Below are positions 1 to 9,267 of a stretch of 64,000 nucleotides of DNA, piece after piece. The stretch lies in assembly GCA_963810915.1 (NCBI GenBank), contig CAWEPH010000004.1, positions 216,027 to 280,026 of the forward strand. The letters are read 5' to 3'. The notes under the pieces were generated by a model. It did no database searches, was not told where the DNA came from, and saw only the letters and a program-made list of their open reading frames with translations. The stretch comes from an uncultured Actinomycetes bacterium (lineage in GTDB: Bacteria; Actinomycetota; UBA4738; HRBIN12). Positions within the stretch are counted from its first letter, which is position 1. Each line of letters opens with the position of its first letter. Both the position numbers and the translations under genes were made by a program.

Positions 1-156
1 GTGCAGCGCAGGATCTATCGGCTCCCCGGGCACGTGCGACGCTGGGCGGAACTGGGGCGGCTCGTCGAGCCCTACGTGATCGAGTTCTACCGGCGCTGGT
101 ACGACACGCCCGTGGAGCCCGCCTATCTCTACAACCCGCGGACACCGCCGGCCTAG
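1..156 (+). CDS. 3' end of an upstream gene (partial, product unknown)
   Basis: Frame 1 is open from the window edge to TAG at 154-156 (..YVIEFYRRWYDTPVEPAYLYNPRTPPA*). Too short to assign a family. Confidence 0.3.
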   Translation: MQRRIYRLPGHVRRWAELGRLVEPYVIEFYRRWYDTPVEPAYLYNPRTPPA

Positions 157-1169
157 GCGTCGACCAGGCCGAGGACCCGCGCGACGTTGTCGCCCATGAT
201 CCCGTCGAGCTTCTGCTGGGCGATCGGCTCCATCCGGAGAGCGTCCGCCTCGTCGTTCACGGTCATCAGTTTCTCGCGCAGCGCGACCGGGTCGTACAGG
301 AAGCCCGGGTAGTCCGTGCCGAAGAAGAGCTTCTCCAGCGGGACGAACATCGGCTCGCATCGCGAGAGGAGGAGGAACAGGTCGCGTCGCGTGAGCGTGG
401 CGATCAGATAGGAGAGTTCCGCGAAGAAGTTCGGGTGCTTGGTCAGCAGGAACAAAGCCTCGTCGACCCAGGGGAGGCCGCAGTGCGCGATGATCACCTG
501 CAGGTCGCGGAACTCGCGTCCGATGTCGTCGAGCATGGCCGGACGGCCCAGCTCGAGGCTCGCGTCGATCCGCGTGGAGCCCGCCTGGTGGATCATCACG
601 GGGATGCCGAGCTCCTGGGCCTTCGCGTAGATCGGGAACGCGAGCCCGGGATCGTTCGCGGCCCAGTGCTGATACATGGGGTAGAGCTTCAGCCCGGCGA
701 GGCCGAGGTCGGTCACGGCGCGCTCGAGTTCCTCTACGGCGGTCTCGACGCCTCGGTACGCGGGGTTCACGGAGGCGAACCCGATGAACCGCTCGGGGTC
801 GGCGCGCACGACGCCGGCGATCGCGTCGTTGCAGCGCTCCGGATCCTTCGGCCCGTCGAGGCCCAGCAGGTCCGTCGGATCCACGGTGCCGATGAGGCGT
901 CCCTCGAGGATCTGCGGCGAGACCGCGAGGACGACGACCTTGTCGAACCCCGGGTGATCGCGGAGCGACTCCTCGGGGCCGATCACCGGCCATCCCTTGC
1001 GCGTGTACCCGCTCGCCTCCCACTCGTCGTCGGTGGGCATGCGATGCGACGGCAGGAGCCCCATCGATCGGTAGATGCAGAGCGATCCCTCGCGCCCGTA
1101 CGCGAGGGTGAACTCCGGATCCTCGGCGAGGCTGAGGATGTGGCTGTGCGCGTCGATGATGAGGCTCAT
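153..1169 (-). CDS. Amidohydrolase-2 family metal-dependent hydrolase
   Basis: MSLIIDAHSHI N-terminus and a C-terminal FGTDYPG motif, typical of PF04909-type amidohydrolases. GGAGA lies 7 nt upstream of ATG 1169. The track ORF extends to 1208. Confidence 0.8.
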   Translation of the reverse strand: MSLIIDAHSHILSLAEDPEFTLAYGREGSLCIYRSMGLLPSHRMPTDDEWEASGYTRKGWPVIGPEESLRDHPGFDKVVVLAVSPQILEGRLIGTVDPTDLLGLDGPKDPERCNDAIAGVVRADPERFIGFASVNPAYRGVETAVEELERAVTDLGLAGLKLYPMYQHWAANDPGLAFPIYAKAQELGIPVMIHQAGSTRIDASLELGRPAMLDDIGREFRDLQVIIAHCGLPWVDEALFLLTKHPNFFAELSYLIATLTRRDLFLLLSRCEPMFVPLEKLFFGTDYPGFLYDPVALREKLMTVNDEADALRMEPIAQQKLDGIMGDNVARVLGLVDA

Positions 1170-1280
1170 GCGGGTCTCCGGCGTCCACGCGATGGCGAAC
1201 GCCGGCATCCTATCCCGAGCGTCGGGGCGGCCACCGATCGAGCCGTTGACCGGAACCAGGTCCCATGGTCAGCTCATGGG

Positions 1281-1646
1281 ATGCGGACCGTCGATCCCGC
1301 GCTCCGACAGCGGTTGCGGCTGCTCGCCGTCTGGGTTGTCGCCGCGATCTCGGCGTGGGCGATCCGATCCTCGGGGGTCCCGGACGACTGGCGCGGTCGC
1401 ATGATCGTGTGCTTGGTCGTGGGGACGGGCGTGCAGTTCGCGATCCTCACGCTGGTGCGGGCCGAGCGGAGCCTGGCACGTGCCGAAGCTGCCGTAGCGG
1501 CCGGCACGCTCGCGGCGGCGCTCGTGACCCCCATGCTCACCTCGGTCATCCCGCGAACCATCCCAAGCATGACGTTGATCCTCGCCCTCATCGGTGTGTT
1601 GGCGCTCAGCCGCGTGGATGAGGCGCGGACACGAGAGCCATCGTGA
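1281..1646 (+). CDS. Small integral membrane protein (hypothetical)
   Basis: ATG at 1281 followed by about 4 hydrophobic segments (LLAVWVVAAISAWAI, MIVCLVVGTGVQFAILTLV, ...). The upstream part of track ORF 435..1646 is a shadow of the amidohydrolase gene. Confidence 0.55.
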   Translation: MRTVDPALRQRLRLLAVWVVAAISAWAIRSSGVPDDWRGRMIVCLVVGTGVQFAILTLVRAERSLARAEAAVAAGTLAAALVTPMLTSVIPRTIPSMTLILALIGVLALSRVDEARTREPS

Positions 1647-1912
1647 GGACGACGATCCGCCTCATGCTGGTCACCGTCACGGCCGCGACGCTGGCCCTCG
1701 TCTCGGTTGGGCGGCTGGACGACACGGTCCCGGCGCGCTCCGCGCCCGCCGTTCCCGCTTTCTGCATGGATGGTCCTCAAGCCATCCCGCTCCTCCAGGT
1801 GCTCCCTGTCGATCGCGCCTCGCGGCGCGCATTCAGGATGCAGGAGCGGACTCAGCGGGAGCTCGAGCACGCGCAGGCCAGGATGTGCGCCGCGCTCGAC
1901 CGGACCTCCTAG
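1643..1912 (+). CDS. Hypothetical small protein with N-terminal signal/anchor
   Basis: GTG 1643 overlaps the preceding stop (GTGA), suggesting translational coupling. Hydrophobic N-terminus MLVTVTAATLALVSV. Confidence 0.4.
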   Translation: MRTTIRLMLVTVTAATLALVSVGRLDDTVPARSAPAVPAFCMDGPQAIPLLQVLPVDRASRRAFRMQERTQRELEHAQARMCAALDRTS

Positions 1913-2213
1913 TCGTACCTCTAGCCCGCCGACCCCTCCCGTTCATCTTGGGCCGTAGCGTCGCGGCGATCGGCCGCTCGCGGTGCCTCGCGGTTGGTGC
2001 GCTCGGCGGCCGCTGGACGTACGTCCGCTATTCACGGGCGAGGAGGAGCTCCACGACCTCGACGCCGACCCGTGGCAGCCTCTCCAGCCTTGATGCGGAT
2101 CCCGCCCGCGCGGAGCAGAAGCAGGCAGTCCTGGATCTCACGCGCAGGCTCTGCTCGCCGCCCCCACCCGACTTCAACTGGGGGTAGGCCGGATGTGTCC
2201 GCAGGGACCGGGT

Positions 2214-2633
2214 TCAGAAGTCACGGCGCCCGTCGAAGTGCGTGGCGGCCTCGGGACGGGTCAGCTGGTAGAGCGCGAGGCGATGTCCGCCAGGCGTCCG
2301 GAACGAGCAGCACGGTCCGTGCGGGATCTCGAAGCTGCGCTCGCGTTCCCATCCGGCATGCTCCTGGCGCGCGAGCGTCGTCTCCAGGTCCTCAACGCGA
2401 TAGACGAGGATCGGCCGCTCACCCTCGACGTGATCGGTGAGCAGGATCAACGGAGGACTCGTCGCGAGTTCGATCGCGGCCACCCGAGCGCCCATGCCCT
2501 CCACCGCGAAGACGATGCGACCTCCGAGCACGTCCGCGTGGTAGGTCATGTCGGCCGCGACGTCGATGCTCGGCGTGTAGATGAAGTCGAGCCCCAGGAA
2601 CGGGGGCGGCTCAGCGGCATGGGTGTTGGTCAC
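2214..2633 (-). CDS. VOC / glyoxalase-bleomycin resistance family protein
   Basis: GTG at 2633. 139 aa with a VOC-like layout (LGLDFIYTPS..., GGRIVFAVEG..., FRTPGGHRLALYQ). The rest of track ORF 2214..3110 is Arg-rich shadow. Confidence 0.7.
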   Translation of the reverse strand: MTNTHAAEPPPFLGLDFIYTPSIDVAADMTYHADVLGGRIVFAVEGMGARVAAIELATSPPLILLTDHVEGERPILVYRVEDLETTLARQEHAGWERERSFEIPHGPCCSFRTPGGHRLALYQLTRPEAATHFDGRRDF

Positions 2634-2738
2634 GCGATCCAGCTTGGCACGGTTCCCGGATGTACGAGCGGCGTGGGGTAGCCTCGGAGCGACGTTGCCG
2701 GGTCGCAGAGGCCGCGGCCCGCGGATAGGAGGTTCGCC

Positions 2739-3119
2739 ATGCGCTGGATCGTGACGATGATGATCGCCCTGGGGTTGCTCGCGGTGCCGGTGACGGCGAG
2801 CGCGCACCACCGACCCACCACCTACTGCAGCCCGACGGGGGATATCTGCGAGAGCGCCGCGAACGTGCACGGCATCAGGACGCTCAGCATCTCGCTCGCG
2901 GCGCGCTACTTCACGAAGTACCGCCTCTGCGTGACGGCGCCCGACGACACCGTCACCTGCCATGGCTTCCGCGTCCACAAGCACGGCCCCATCTTCACGT
3001 CGTCGATCAAGTGGGCGGCGCAGTTCCCGCCGAGCGGCCACGGCGCCTACGAGGTGGAGTGGAAGTCGATGCCGGGCGCGGTGCGCGTGGGGAAGATCCT
3101 CGGATTCCACGTGATCTGA
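2739..3119 (+). CDS. Secreted hypothetical protein
   Basis: AGGAGG lies 6 nt upstream of the ATG. Signal peptide MRWIVTMMIALGLLAVPVTASA|HH. Four Cys in the mature part. Confidence 0.7.
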   Translation: MRWIVTMMIALGLLAVPVTASAHHRPTTYCSPTGDICESAANVHGIRTLSISLAARYFTKYRLCVTAPDDTVTCHGFRVHKHGPIFTSSIKWAAQFPPSGHGAYEVEWKSMPGAVRVGKILGFHVI

Positions 3120-3130
3120 GGGGAGCCGTC

Positions 3131-4126
3131 GTGACGCGCGGGATCCTGGAGCGGCTCTCGGACGGGCCCGTGCTCGGTGACGGCGGATACCTGCTCGAAC
3201 TGGAGAAGCGAGGCTACGTGCAGGCCGGTCCGTTCACACCCGAGGTCGTGATCGACCATCCCGAGGCGCTCGTCGAGCTCCACCGGGAGTTCCTGCGCGC
3301 CGGTGTCGACGTGCTCCAGACCATGACCTTCTACGCGAGCGACGACAAACTCGCTACGGTGGGGCTGGACGGCAAGGTCGACGAGATCAACCGGGATGCG
3401 GTGCGGATCGCGCGCTCCGTCGCCGCGGAGGGCGATGCGCTCGTGGCCGGCAACCTCTCGCTCACGTGGGCCTACGACCCCGAGGATCCGGCGAGCGCCG
3501 ACCACGTGCGCGCGCTCTTCGACCGTCAGCTCCAGGCCCAGATCGACGCGGGCGGGGTGGACTTCTGGATCGGTGAGACGTTCTCGTACCTGCAGGAGGC
3601 TCTGCTGTTCGTCGAGCGTGCCAAGACCACGGGCCAGCCCGTGATGGTGACGATGTCCTACGAACGGCTGCCGGCGCGCTCCTACGAGGGCGATACGCCG
3701 GCCGCGTGCGCGAAGGCCCTCGTCGACGCGGGCGCGGACATCGTTGGCGTGAACTGCCTCAACGGGCCGGCGCAGCAGCTCCCCATCGCGTTGGAGATGC
3801 TCGCCGCCGTCGACGGATACGTGGCGGCGCAGCCCGTCGCGTACCGGACCACGGACGCGAAGCCCGACTTCACATCGTTCGAGAACTTCCCCTTCGCCAT
3901 GGACGCGATGCAGCTCACGCGGCACGAGATGGCCGGCTTCGCGAGGGATGCCCATGCGGCGGGCGTCGGATTCATCGGCTCGTGCTGCGGTTCCGTCGCC
4001 GGTCACGTGCGCGCGATGGCGAAGACCCTCGGGAAGCTCCCCGAAGCGGAACGCCCGTGGAGATCCGCGAGCGGCAAGCCGATGTCCGCGTACGAGTACT
4101 ACGCGCACGCCGAGACCGAGATCTAA
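3131..4126 (+). CDS. Homocysteine S-methyltransferase family protein (BHMT-like)
   Basis: GTG 3131 after GAGGGGA. GDGGYLLELEKRGY..., DVLQTMTFYAS and a C-terminal GSCCGS zinc-site motif match the S-methyl_trans domain. Confidence 0.85.
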   Translation: MTRGILERLSDGPVLGDGGYLLELEKRGYVQAGPFTPEVVIDHPEALVELHREFLRAGVDVLQTMTFYASDDKLATVGLDGKVDEINRDAVRIARSVAAEGDALVAGNLSLTWAYDPEDPASADHVRALFDRQLQAQIDAGGVDFWIGETFSYLQEALLFVERAKTTGQPVMVTMSYERLPARSYEGDTPAACAKALVDAGADIVGVNCLNGPAQQLPIALEMLAAVDGYVAAQPVAYRTTDAKPDFTSFENFPFAMDAMQLTRHEMAGFARDAHAAGVGFIGSCCGSVAGHVRAMAKTLGKLPEAERPWRSASGKPMSAYEYYAHAETEI

Positions 4127-4194
4127 GCAGGATGTGGGATGCCGTCGGGTGGATCCCGCGAGCCGGGTTGACTCCTCGACTTGGCTCCGTCACG

Positions 4195-4200
4195 TAACGT
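4195..4200 (+). promoter_or_regulatory. -10-like hexamer TAACGT, 7 nt before ATG 4208 (leaderless candidate)
   Basis: TANNNT box directly upstream of the start codon, and no Shine-Dalgarno sequence. Confidence 0.3.
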
Positions 4201-4207
4201 GCGCGGC

Positions 4208-5005
4208 ATGCCTGAGCTGGATCCAGAGGGATTGCGAGAGGCGTACGACGCGCAGCTGCGTGCCTTCGTCCCCCCGCGGTTGCCGGACGGCGTGGAGGTC
4301 GAGCGTGACGGACCACTGCTGCGCTACACGGGATTCGAGAACGGCGGATTCGTGGGCTACCGCGACCTCGGCGGATTCGAAGGTGCCGCCCTCGACGCGC
4401 TGATCGCGCGGCAGGTGCAGATCTTCGCCGTGCGCCGCGAGGCGTTCGAATGGAAGGTGCACGCGCACGACCACCCGCCCGACCTCGCCGAACGGCTGCG
4501 TGAACACGGCTTCGTGGCGGAGGAAACGGAGACCGTGGTGATCGCGCCTGTCGACTCCATCGCCGCGCCGCCGTCGCTCCCTGCCGGCGTGACGTTGCGT
4601 GAGGTGACGGAGCGCCCGGACTTCGATCGCATCCAGGCCATGGAGGAGGAGATCTGGTCCGACGACCAGAGCTGGATGGCCGCGAGCCTCGAGGCCGAAC
4701 GTGCGGCGGACGCCACTGCGCTCACGATCGCGGTCGCGGAGGCAGCCGACACGGTCGTGTGCGCCGCATGGGTGCGTTACTTCGCCGGCACCGACTTCGC
4801 GACGCTCTGGGGTGGCGCGACCCTGCCCGCGTGGCGCGGACGCGGCATCTATCGCGGGCTCGTGGCCTACCGTGCGAACCTGGCCGCCGACCGCGGGTTC
4901 CGCTACTTGGAGGTCGACGCCTCCGACGACAGCCGCCCGATCCTCGAGCGTCTGGGGTTCGTCCCGGTCACGACGACCACCCCATTCATCTGGTCGCCCC
5001 CCTAG
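4208..5005 (+). CDS. GNAT family N-acetyltransferase
   Basis: C-terminal acetyl-CoA motif WRGRGIYRGLVAYRANLAADRGFRYLEVDAS. The track ORF begins at TTG 4181, but ATG 4208 is preferred because of the -10 box. Confidence 0.75.
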   Translation: MPELDPEGLREAYDAQLRAFVPPRLPDGVEVERDGPLLRYTGFENGGFVGYRDLGGFEGAALDALIARQVQIFAVRREAFEWKVHAHDHPPDLAERLREHGFVAEETETVVIAPVDSIAAPPSLPAGVTLREVTERPDFDRIQAMEEEIWSDDQSWMAASLEAERAADATALTIAVAEAADTVVCAAWVRYFAGTDFATLWGGATLPAWRGRGIYRGLVAYRANLAADRGFRYLEVDASDDSRPILERLGFVPVTTTTPFIWSPP

Positions 5006-5391
5006 CGGGCGAGTCGCGCGCGGATCGCCGTCTCGATCTCCGAGGCGACCTCGGGCATCTGCGCGCGCATCGCGTCGAATTCACGCGCGTGCATCACGAT
5101 CGCGCGGACGGGCGTGGTCGCCATGACGCTCGCCGTGCGTCGCTCGTGCTCCACCAGCGCGATCTCACCGAAGAAGTCGCCCGGCCCCAGATCGGTGAGG
5201 TGCTTGCCGTCCTGGCGGACCTCGACGGTGCCCTCGAGCATGACGAAGAACTCGTGGGCGAGCCGCCCCTGATCCAGCATGTGGTAGCCGGCGGGCTCGT
5301 CGATCTCGTCCGCCCACTGCGCGATACGTTTGCGATCCTTCTTCGACAGCTTCTCGAACAGCGGCACGTCGTCCAGGGTGTTCGCGTCCAC
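5002..5391 (-). CDS. Stand-alone cyclic nucleotide-binding domain protein
   Basis: 129 aa with the cNMP-binding signature GDFFGEIALVEHERRTASV. GTG start with GGGAGGA upstream. Confidence 0.85.
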   Translation of the reverse strand: MDANTLDDVPLFEKLSKKDRKRIAQWADEIDEPAGYHMLDQGRLAHEFFVMLEGTVEVRQDGKHLTDLGPGDFFGEIALVEHERRTASVMATTPVRAIVMHAREFDAMRAQMPEVASEIETAIRARLAR

Positions 5392-5485
5392 CGGCGTGCA
5401 TCCTCCCGGGTCGGTTGCACCGCCATCGTGCCACGCCAGCCCGCGAACGGACCACCCCGGCTCACGGCGATCGTAGGGCGTCCGG

Positions 5486-5869
5486 TTAGTGCTTGGTCGT
5501 TTTGACCGTCCTGCTGGACGCCGGCTTGCAATCGGGCGTCCGATTCACGTGGGCGTAGAACTTGCCGGAGAGCCCGGTGTTCCCGGTCGACCACGCGTAG
5601 CGGTCTCCGCTGAGGTCTGCGGTGTCGCTCGCGACCTTCTTGTCGACGCTGAGGTTCTGTTGCGCGCCCTTCTGCTTGTAGAGCACGACCTTGCGTCCCT
5701 TCGCGCACTTCAGCGGTCGCGGGCTGTCGATGTAACCCGAGAAATCACCTGACTGCGCCTTGATGGTGAGCGTCGTCACCGCGGCGGTGCCTGCGCTCGC
5801 CATCCCGGCAAGGCTCAACGCCGCGGCAACAGCGAGGGCGAGGGCGGTCGGAAGCAGCTTCGATCTCAA
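5486..5869 (-). CDS. Secreted hypothetical protein
   Basis: GGAGGAGGAGAG lies upstream of TTG 5869. Signal peptide LLPTALALAVAAALSLAGMASA. The upstream part of track ORF 5486..6250 looks non-coding. Confidence 0.6.
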   Translation of the reverse strand: MRSKLLPTALALAVAAALSLAGMASAGTAAVTTLTIKAQSGDFSGYIDSPRPLKCAKGRKVVLYKQKGAQQNLSVDKKVASDTADLSGDRYAWSTGNTGLSGKFYAHVNRTPDCKPASSRTVKTTKH

Positions 5870-6014
5870 CGGTCTCTCCTCCTCCGCAGAGCATCCAACC
5901 CTGGGAGTCTCGTCCGCGGTGCCCGGTAGGTCAAACGGGCCGCTGGCGTCCGGCACGGACCTGGGCATAGATTCGGAGCCTCGAGCGCACTTCGCATGCC
6001 CAGGAGGGGGGCCC

Positions 6015-7601
6015 ATGTCCGTCGACGTCGCATCATCCACCGACCCGCGTGTCCCGTTCGCGAGCGGGAACGATCTGGGGCCTCTCCCGGGCTTCGCCCG
6101 CCCGCTGGTGGATTGGGTGGCGCGCATCCGCGCCACGGTGCACATGAAGCTCCTCGCGGGATTCCTGCTGATCGCGCTCCTGCTCCTGTCCATGGGCGCG
6201 CTCAGCATCGTCGTGGTGAACCGGATCAACGACCAGGTCGACAGGCTCACCGCGTTGAGCGATCAGACCGATCAAGCGCGGGAGATGATCTACGCGGTCA
6301 CCGCGCAGAGCCATTACCGCGCGATGGCGCTGCTCACCCACGATCCCTCGTACGTGGACAAGATCTATGCCGCCAAGGACACGTTCGCGGCGGATCTGGC
6401 GAACATCCGCGCGTACGCCATCCCGCAGCAGCCCGAGCTCTTCGACCAACTTGCGCAGACCAACGACCTCTTCACCGCGTCGAGCGACGAGGTCACGAGG
6501 CTCTACAACGAGAAGCACGTGCGCGAGGCGCTGGAGCTTCATATCGCCGAGGAGCACACGATCTCGCATGCGCTCGAGGACTCCTTGAACGTGTTGATCG
6601 CCGAGTCGGAGCGGCTCGTCGAAGCGGAGACACAGTCCTTCAACAGGCACCGGCGATTCCTCACGATCGCGGTGGCGACCTTCTCGGGGGTGAGCCTGTT
6701 GGGCGCCTTGGCGCTCGGAGCCGTCCTGAGCTGGTCGCTGATCCGGCCGGTCCGTCGCGTGGACGTAGCGCTCGAACGCATCGCCGACGGAGACTTCGAC
6801 ACGCGGGTCGAGGTGCCGAACCGCGACGAGTTCGGGAACCTGACGAAGAACCTCAACCGGACCACCGAGCAGCTATCGGGTCTGTACAAGAACCTGGAAT
6901 CGCTGAACGCGGGGCTGCAGGAGACGGTGGAGGCCAAGGTGAACGAGATCGAGCGCGTCTCGCGCCTCAAGCGCTACCTCTCACCGAGCGTCGCCGAGTC
7001 GATCGTGAGCGAAGAGCGCGACCTGACCCTCGCGCCCAGACGCAAGTTCCTCACGACGTTCTTCTCCGATGTCCGTGGGTTCACGTCGGCGTCGGAGCGC
7101 ATGGAACCCGAGGAACTCGTGGACCAGCTGAACGACTACCTCTCGGAGATGACCGAGATCGTGTTCCGGCACGGGGGCACGCTGGACAAGTACGTCGGGG
7201 ATGCGCTGATGGTGTTCTTCGGCGATCCGCTCCCACAGCCCGACCACGCCTTGCGAGCTGTACGGATGGCGTTCGACATGCAACGGCGGATGTCGGAGCT
7301 CGAGCGTGAATGGTCGGGGAAGCACCGAGATCCCTTCAGGATCGGGATCGGCATCGCGACCGGCTGGGTCACGGTGGGCGACATCGGTCCCGCCGAGCGG
7401 AGCGACTACACGGTGCTCGGCAACGAGGTGAACCTCGCATCGCGCCTCGCCGACCGCGCCGCCGCGGGACAGATCCTCGCCACGGAGCGCACCCTGGCCG
7501 AGGTGGGCGACGCCGTAGAAGCGACGCCCGTCGACGTCACGGGTCTCAAAGGCGTGAGCCGGGACATCAGCATCTTCGAGATCGTCCCGAAGAGCACCTA
7601 G
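6015..7601 (+). CDS. Membrane HAMP-domain class III adenylate/guanylate cyclase
   Basis: AGGAGGGGGG precedes ATG 6015. Two TM segments, a HAMP region (PVRRVDVALERIADGDFDTRVEV) and a cyclase core (FFSDVRGFTS...KYVGDALMVFFGDP). Confidence 0.9.
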   Translation: MSVDVASSTDPRVPFASGNDLGPLPGFARPLVDWVARIRATVHMKLLAGFLLIALLLLSMGALSIVVVNRINDQVDRLTALSDQTDQAREMIYAVTAQSHYRAMALLTHDPSYVDKIYAAKDTFAADLANIRAYAIPQQPELFDQLAQTNDLFTASSDEVTRLYNEKHVREALELHIAEEHTISHALEDSLNVLIAESERLVEAETQSFNRHRRFLTIAVATFSGVSLLGALALGAVLSWSLIRPVRRVDVALERIADGDFDTRVEVPNRDEFGNLTKNLNRTTEQLSGLYKNLESLNAGLQETVEAKVNEIERVSRLKRYLSPSVAESIVSEERDLTLAPRRKFLTTFFSDVRGFTSASERMEPEELVDQLNDYLSEMTEIVFRHGGTLDKYVGDALMVFFGDPLPQPDHALRAVRMAFDMQRRMSELEREWSGKHRDPFRIGIGIATGWVTVGDIGPAERSDYTVLGNEVNLASRLADRAAAGQILATERTLAEVGDAVEATPVDVTGLKGVSRDISIFEIVPKST

Positions 7602-7605
7602 GCGC

Positions 7606-8728
7606 ATGTCGCAGGGCACGATCGAAGGGACCGGCGCGGTCGTCGACGCGGCCGGCGGGCCCGTCCGGATCGAGCGGATCCTCGTCGACCCTCCGGGCCC
7701 CGGCGAGGTGCGGGTTCGGCTGACGGCGAGCGGCGTCTGTCACAGCGATCGCTGGGCGATGCACCACGGGAACTGGGGTGCACCCTTCCCGATGCTGTTG
7801 GGCCACGAGGGCGCCGGCGTCGTGGTGGACGTGGGCGACGGGGTGGACGATCTCATCGCCGGCGATCGCGTGCTGCTCGCATGGGCGGTGCCCTGCGGCA
7901 GCTGTGCGACGTGCCGTCGCGGGATGCCTCGCAAGTGTGCGCACGCCTGGAGACAGCCGCCCCGGATCACGCGGCGGAGCACGGGCCAGCTGCTCGAGGG
8001 CACGCTCTCCCTCGGCACGCTCGCCACGGCCACGGTGGTGCATGCGGCCCAGGCGATCCGCGTTCCCGACGCCGCCGACCTCTCGCGCGTGTGCCTCCTC
8101 GGCTGTGGCGCTTCGACCGGCATCGGTGCGGCCGTGAACACCGCCGGGGTGTGGCCCGGTGCCTCCGTGGCCGTCGTCGGGCTCGGCGGGATCGGTCTGG
8201 CGGCACTCCAGGGCGCGCGGATCGCCGGAGCGACCCGATCGATCGCGATCGACCTCGTGCCCGCGAAGCTCGAGCAGGGGGGCGCGTTGGGAGCCACCGA
8301 CACGATCGACGCGAGCACGGTCGATCCGGTACAGGCGGTGCGCGCGCTCACCGGAGACGCCGGCGTCGACGTCGCGATCGAGGCCACCGGCGTCCCGGCG
8401 GTCGTGAGCCAGGCCGTCGCGATGCTCGGAACCGCGGGCGTCGCCGTGGCGATCGGCGTACCGCCGCCCGGCAGCCGCGTGACGCTCGACTGGAGCGAGG
8501 GGCCGGGCGCGGCGTACCCCAACAAGGCGTCCCTGCTCGTGACCGACGGCGGTGACGCCTTGCTCGAGGACTTCGCGACCTGGTTGGAGTGGGCGGTGGA
8601 CGGAACGCTCGACCTCGAGGCGATGGTCTCTCGCGAAGGCGGCCTCACCGAGTCCGGACATCGCGGAGGCGTTCCGCGCGATGCTGGCCGGCGAGGTCGT
8701 CCGCACCGTGATCCGCATCTCGACCTGA
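7606..8728 (+). pseudogene. Zn-dependent alcohol dehydrogenase (class III / mycothiol-type-like), frameshifted near 8650-8655
   Basis: The N-terminal ~348 aa are ADH-like (GVCHSDRW, GHEGAGVV, CGSCATCRRG). The canonical C-terminus PDIAEAFRAMLAGEVVRTVIRIST* is in the +1 frame and ends at TGA 8726-8728. Confidence 0.7.
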
Positions 8729-8808
8729 TCCGTCCCTCTCGGGAGGAACCGGTTCAGGTGAGGCCCCGGCGCGCCGATACCTGTTCGGAACCGTCTGAGG
8801 GGACGAAC

Positions 8809-9198
8809 GTGTCGCGCGTACTGGTGATCGACGATGAGAGCGTGGTCGGGACCGTCCTTCGGTACGCCGTCGCGGGGGCCGGGCACGAGGTCGTGATGGC
8901 TGAAGGGGGCAGATCCGGCATCGACATGGCCCGCTCGGCCCACCCCGACCTCATCGTGCTCGACCTGATGATGCCCGCGGTCAGTGGCTACGACGTCCTG
9001 GAGACCCTGCGCCACGACGACGCCACGCGCGAGGTGCCGATCCTCGTGCTGACGGCCGTGGTGATGTCTCGCGAGCGCGAGCGGTGCCTCTCCGAGGGCG
9101 CCGACATGGTGATGACGAAGCCCTTCGACCCGAAGGACGTCGCCGAAGCCGTCGAGATCCTCCTCGCGCCGCGCGAACCGAGCGCCACGGCAGGCTGA
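8809..9198 (+). CDS. Single-domain response regulator (CheY-like receiver)
   Basis: GTG 8809 after GAGGGGA. VLVIDDE..., DLIVLDLMMP and a conserved K in MTKPF. There is no output domain. Confidence 0.85.
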   Translation: MSRVLVIDDESVVGTVLRYAVAGAGHEVVMAEGGRSGIDMARSAHPDLIVLDLMMPAVSGYDVLETLRHDDATREVPILVLTAVVMSRERERCLSEGADMVMTKPFDPKDVAEAVEILLAPREPSATAG

Positions 9199-9209
9199 AG
9201 CCTCGATCT

Positions 9210-9230
9210 GGCTCGCGCGGAACGCGAGCC
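9210..9230. terminator. Hairpin between convergent genes
   Basis: GGCTCGCG-cggaa-CGCGAGCC (8 bp stem), between the receiver stop (9198) and the flavodoxin stop (9268). Confidence 0.35.
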
Positions 9231-9267
9231 TAACCAGGGTGGATCGAGCGAGCGTGGCCCGTCTTCC

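Noticed and set aside
1245-1274. TTGACC-N18-TCAGCT upstream of ATG 1281, considered as a promoter.
   Set aside because: The -10 candidate lacks the conserved A at position 2, so it was left out of the feature list.
435-1280. N-terminal 280 aa of track ORF 435..1646.
   Set aside because: It is antisense to the amidohydrolase gene and has shadow-like composition. Only the part from ATG 1281 looks like a real (membrane) protein.
7567-9015. 482-aa minus-strand ORF.
   Set aside because: Antisense shadow of the ADH gene, with no motifs and Arg/His/Gly-rich composition.
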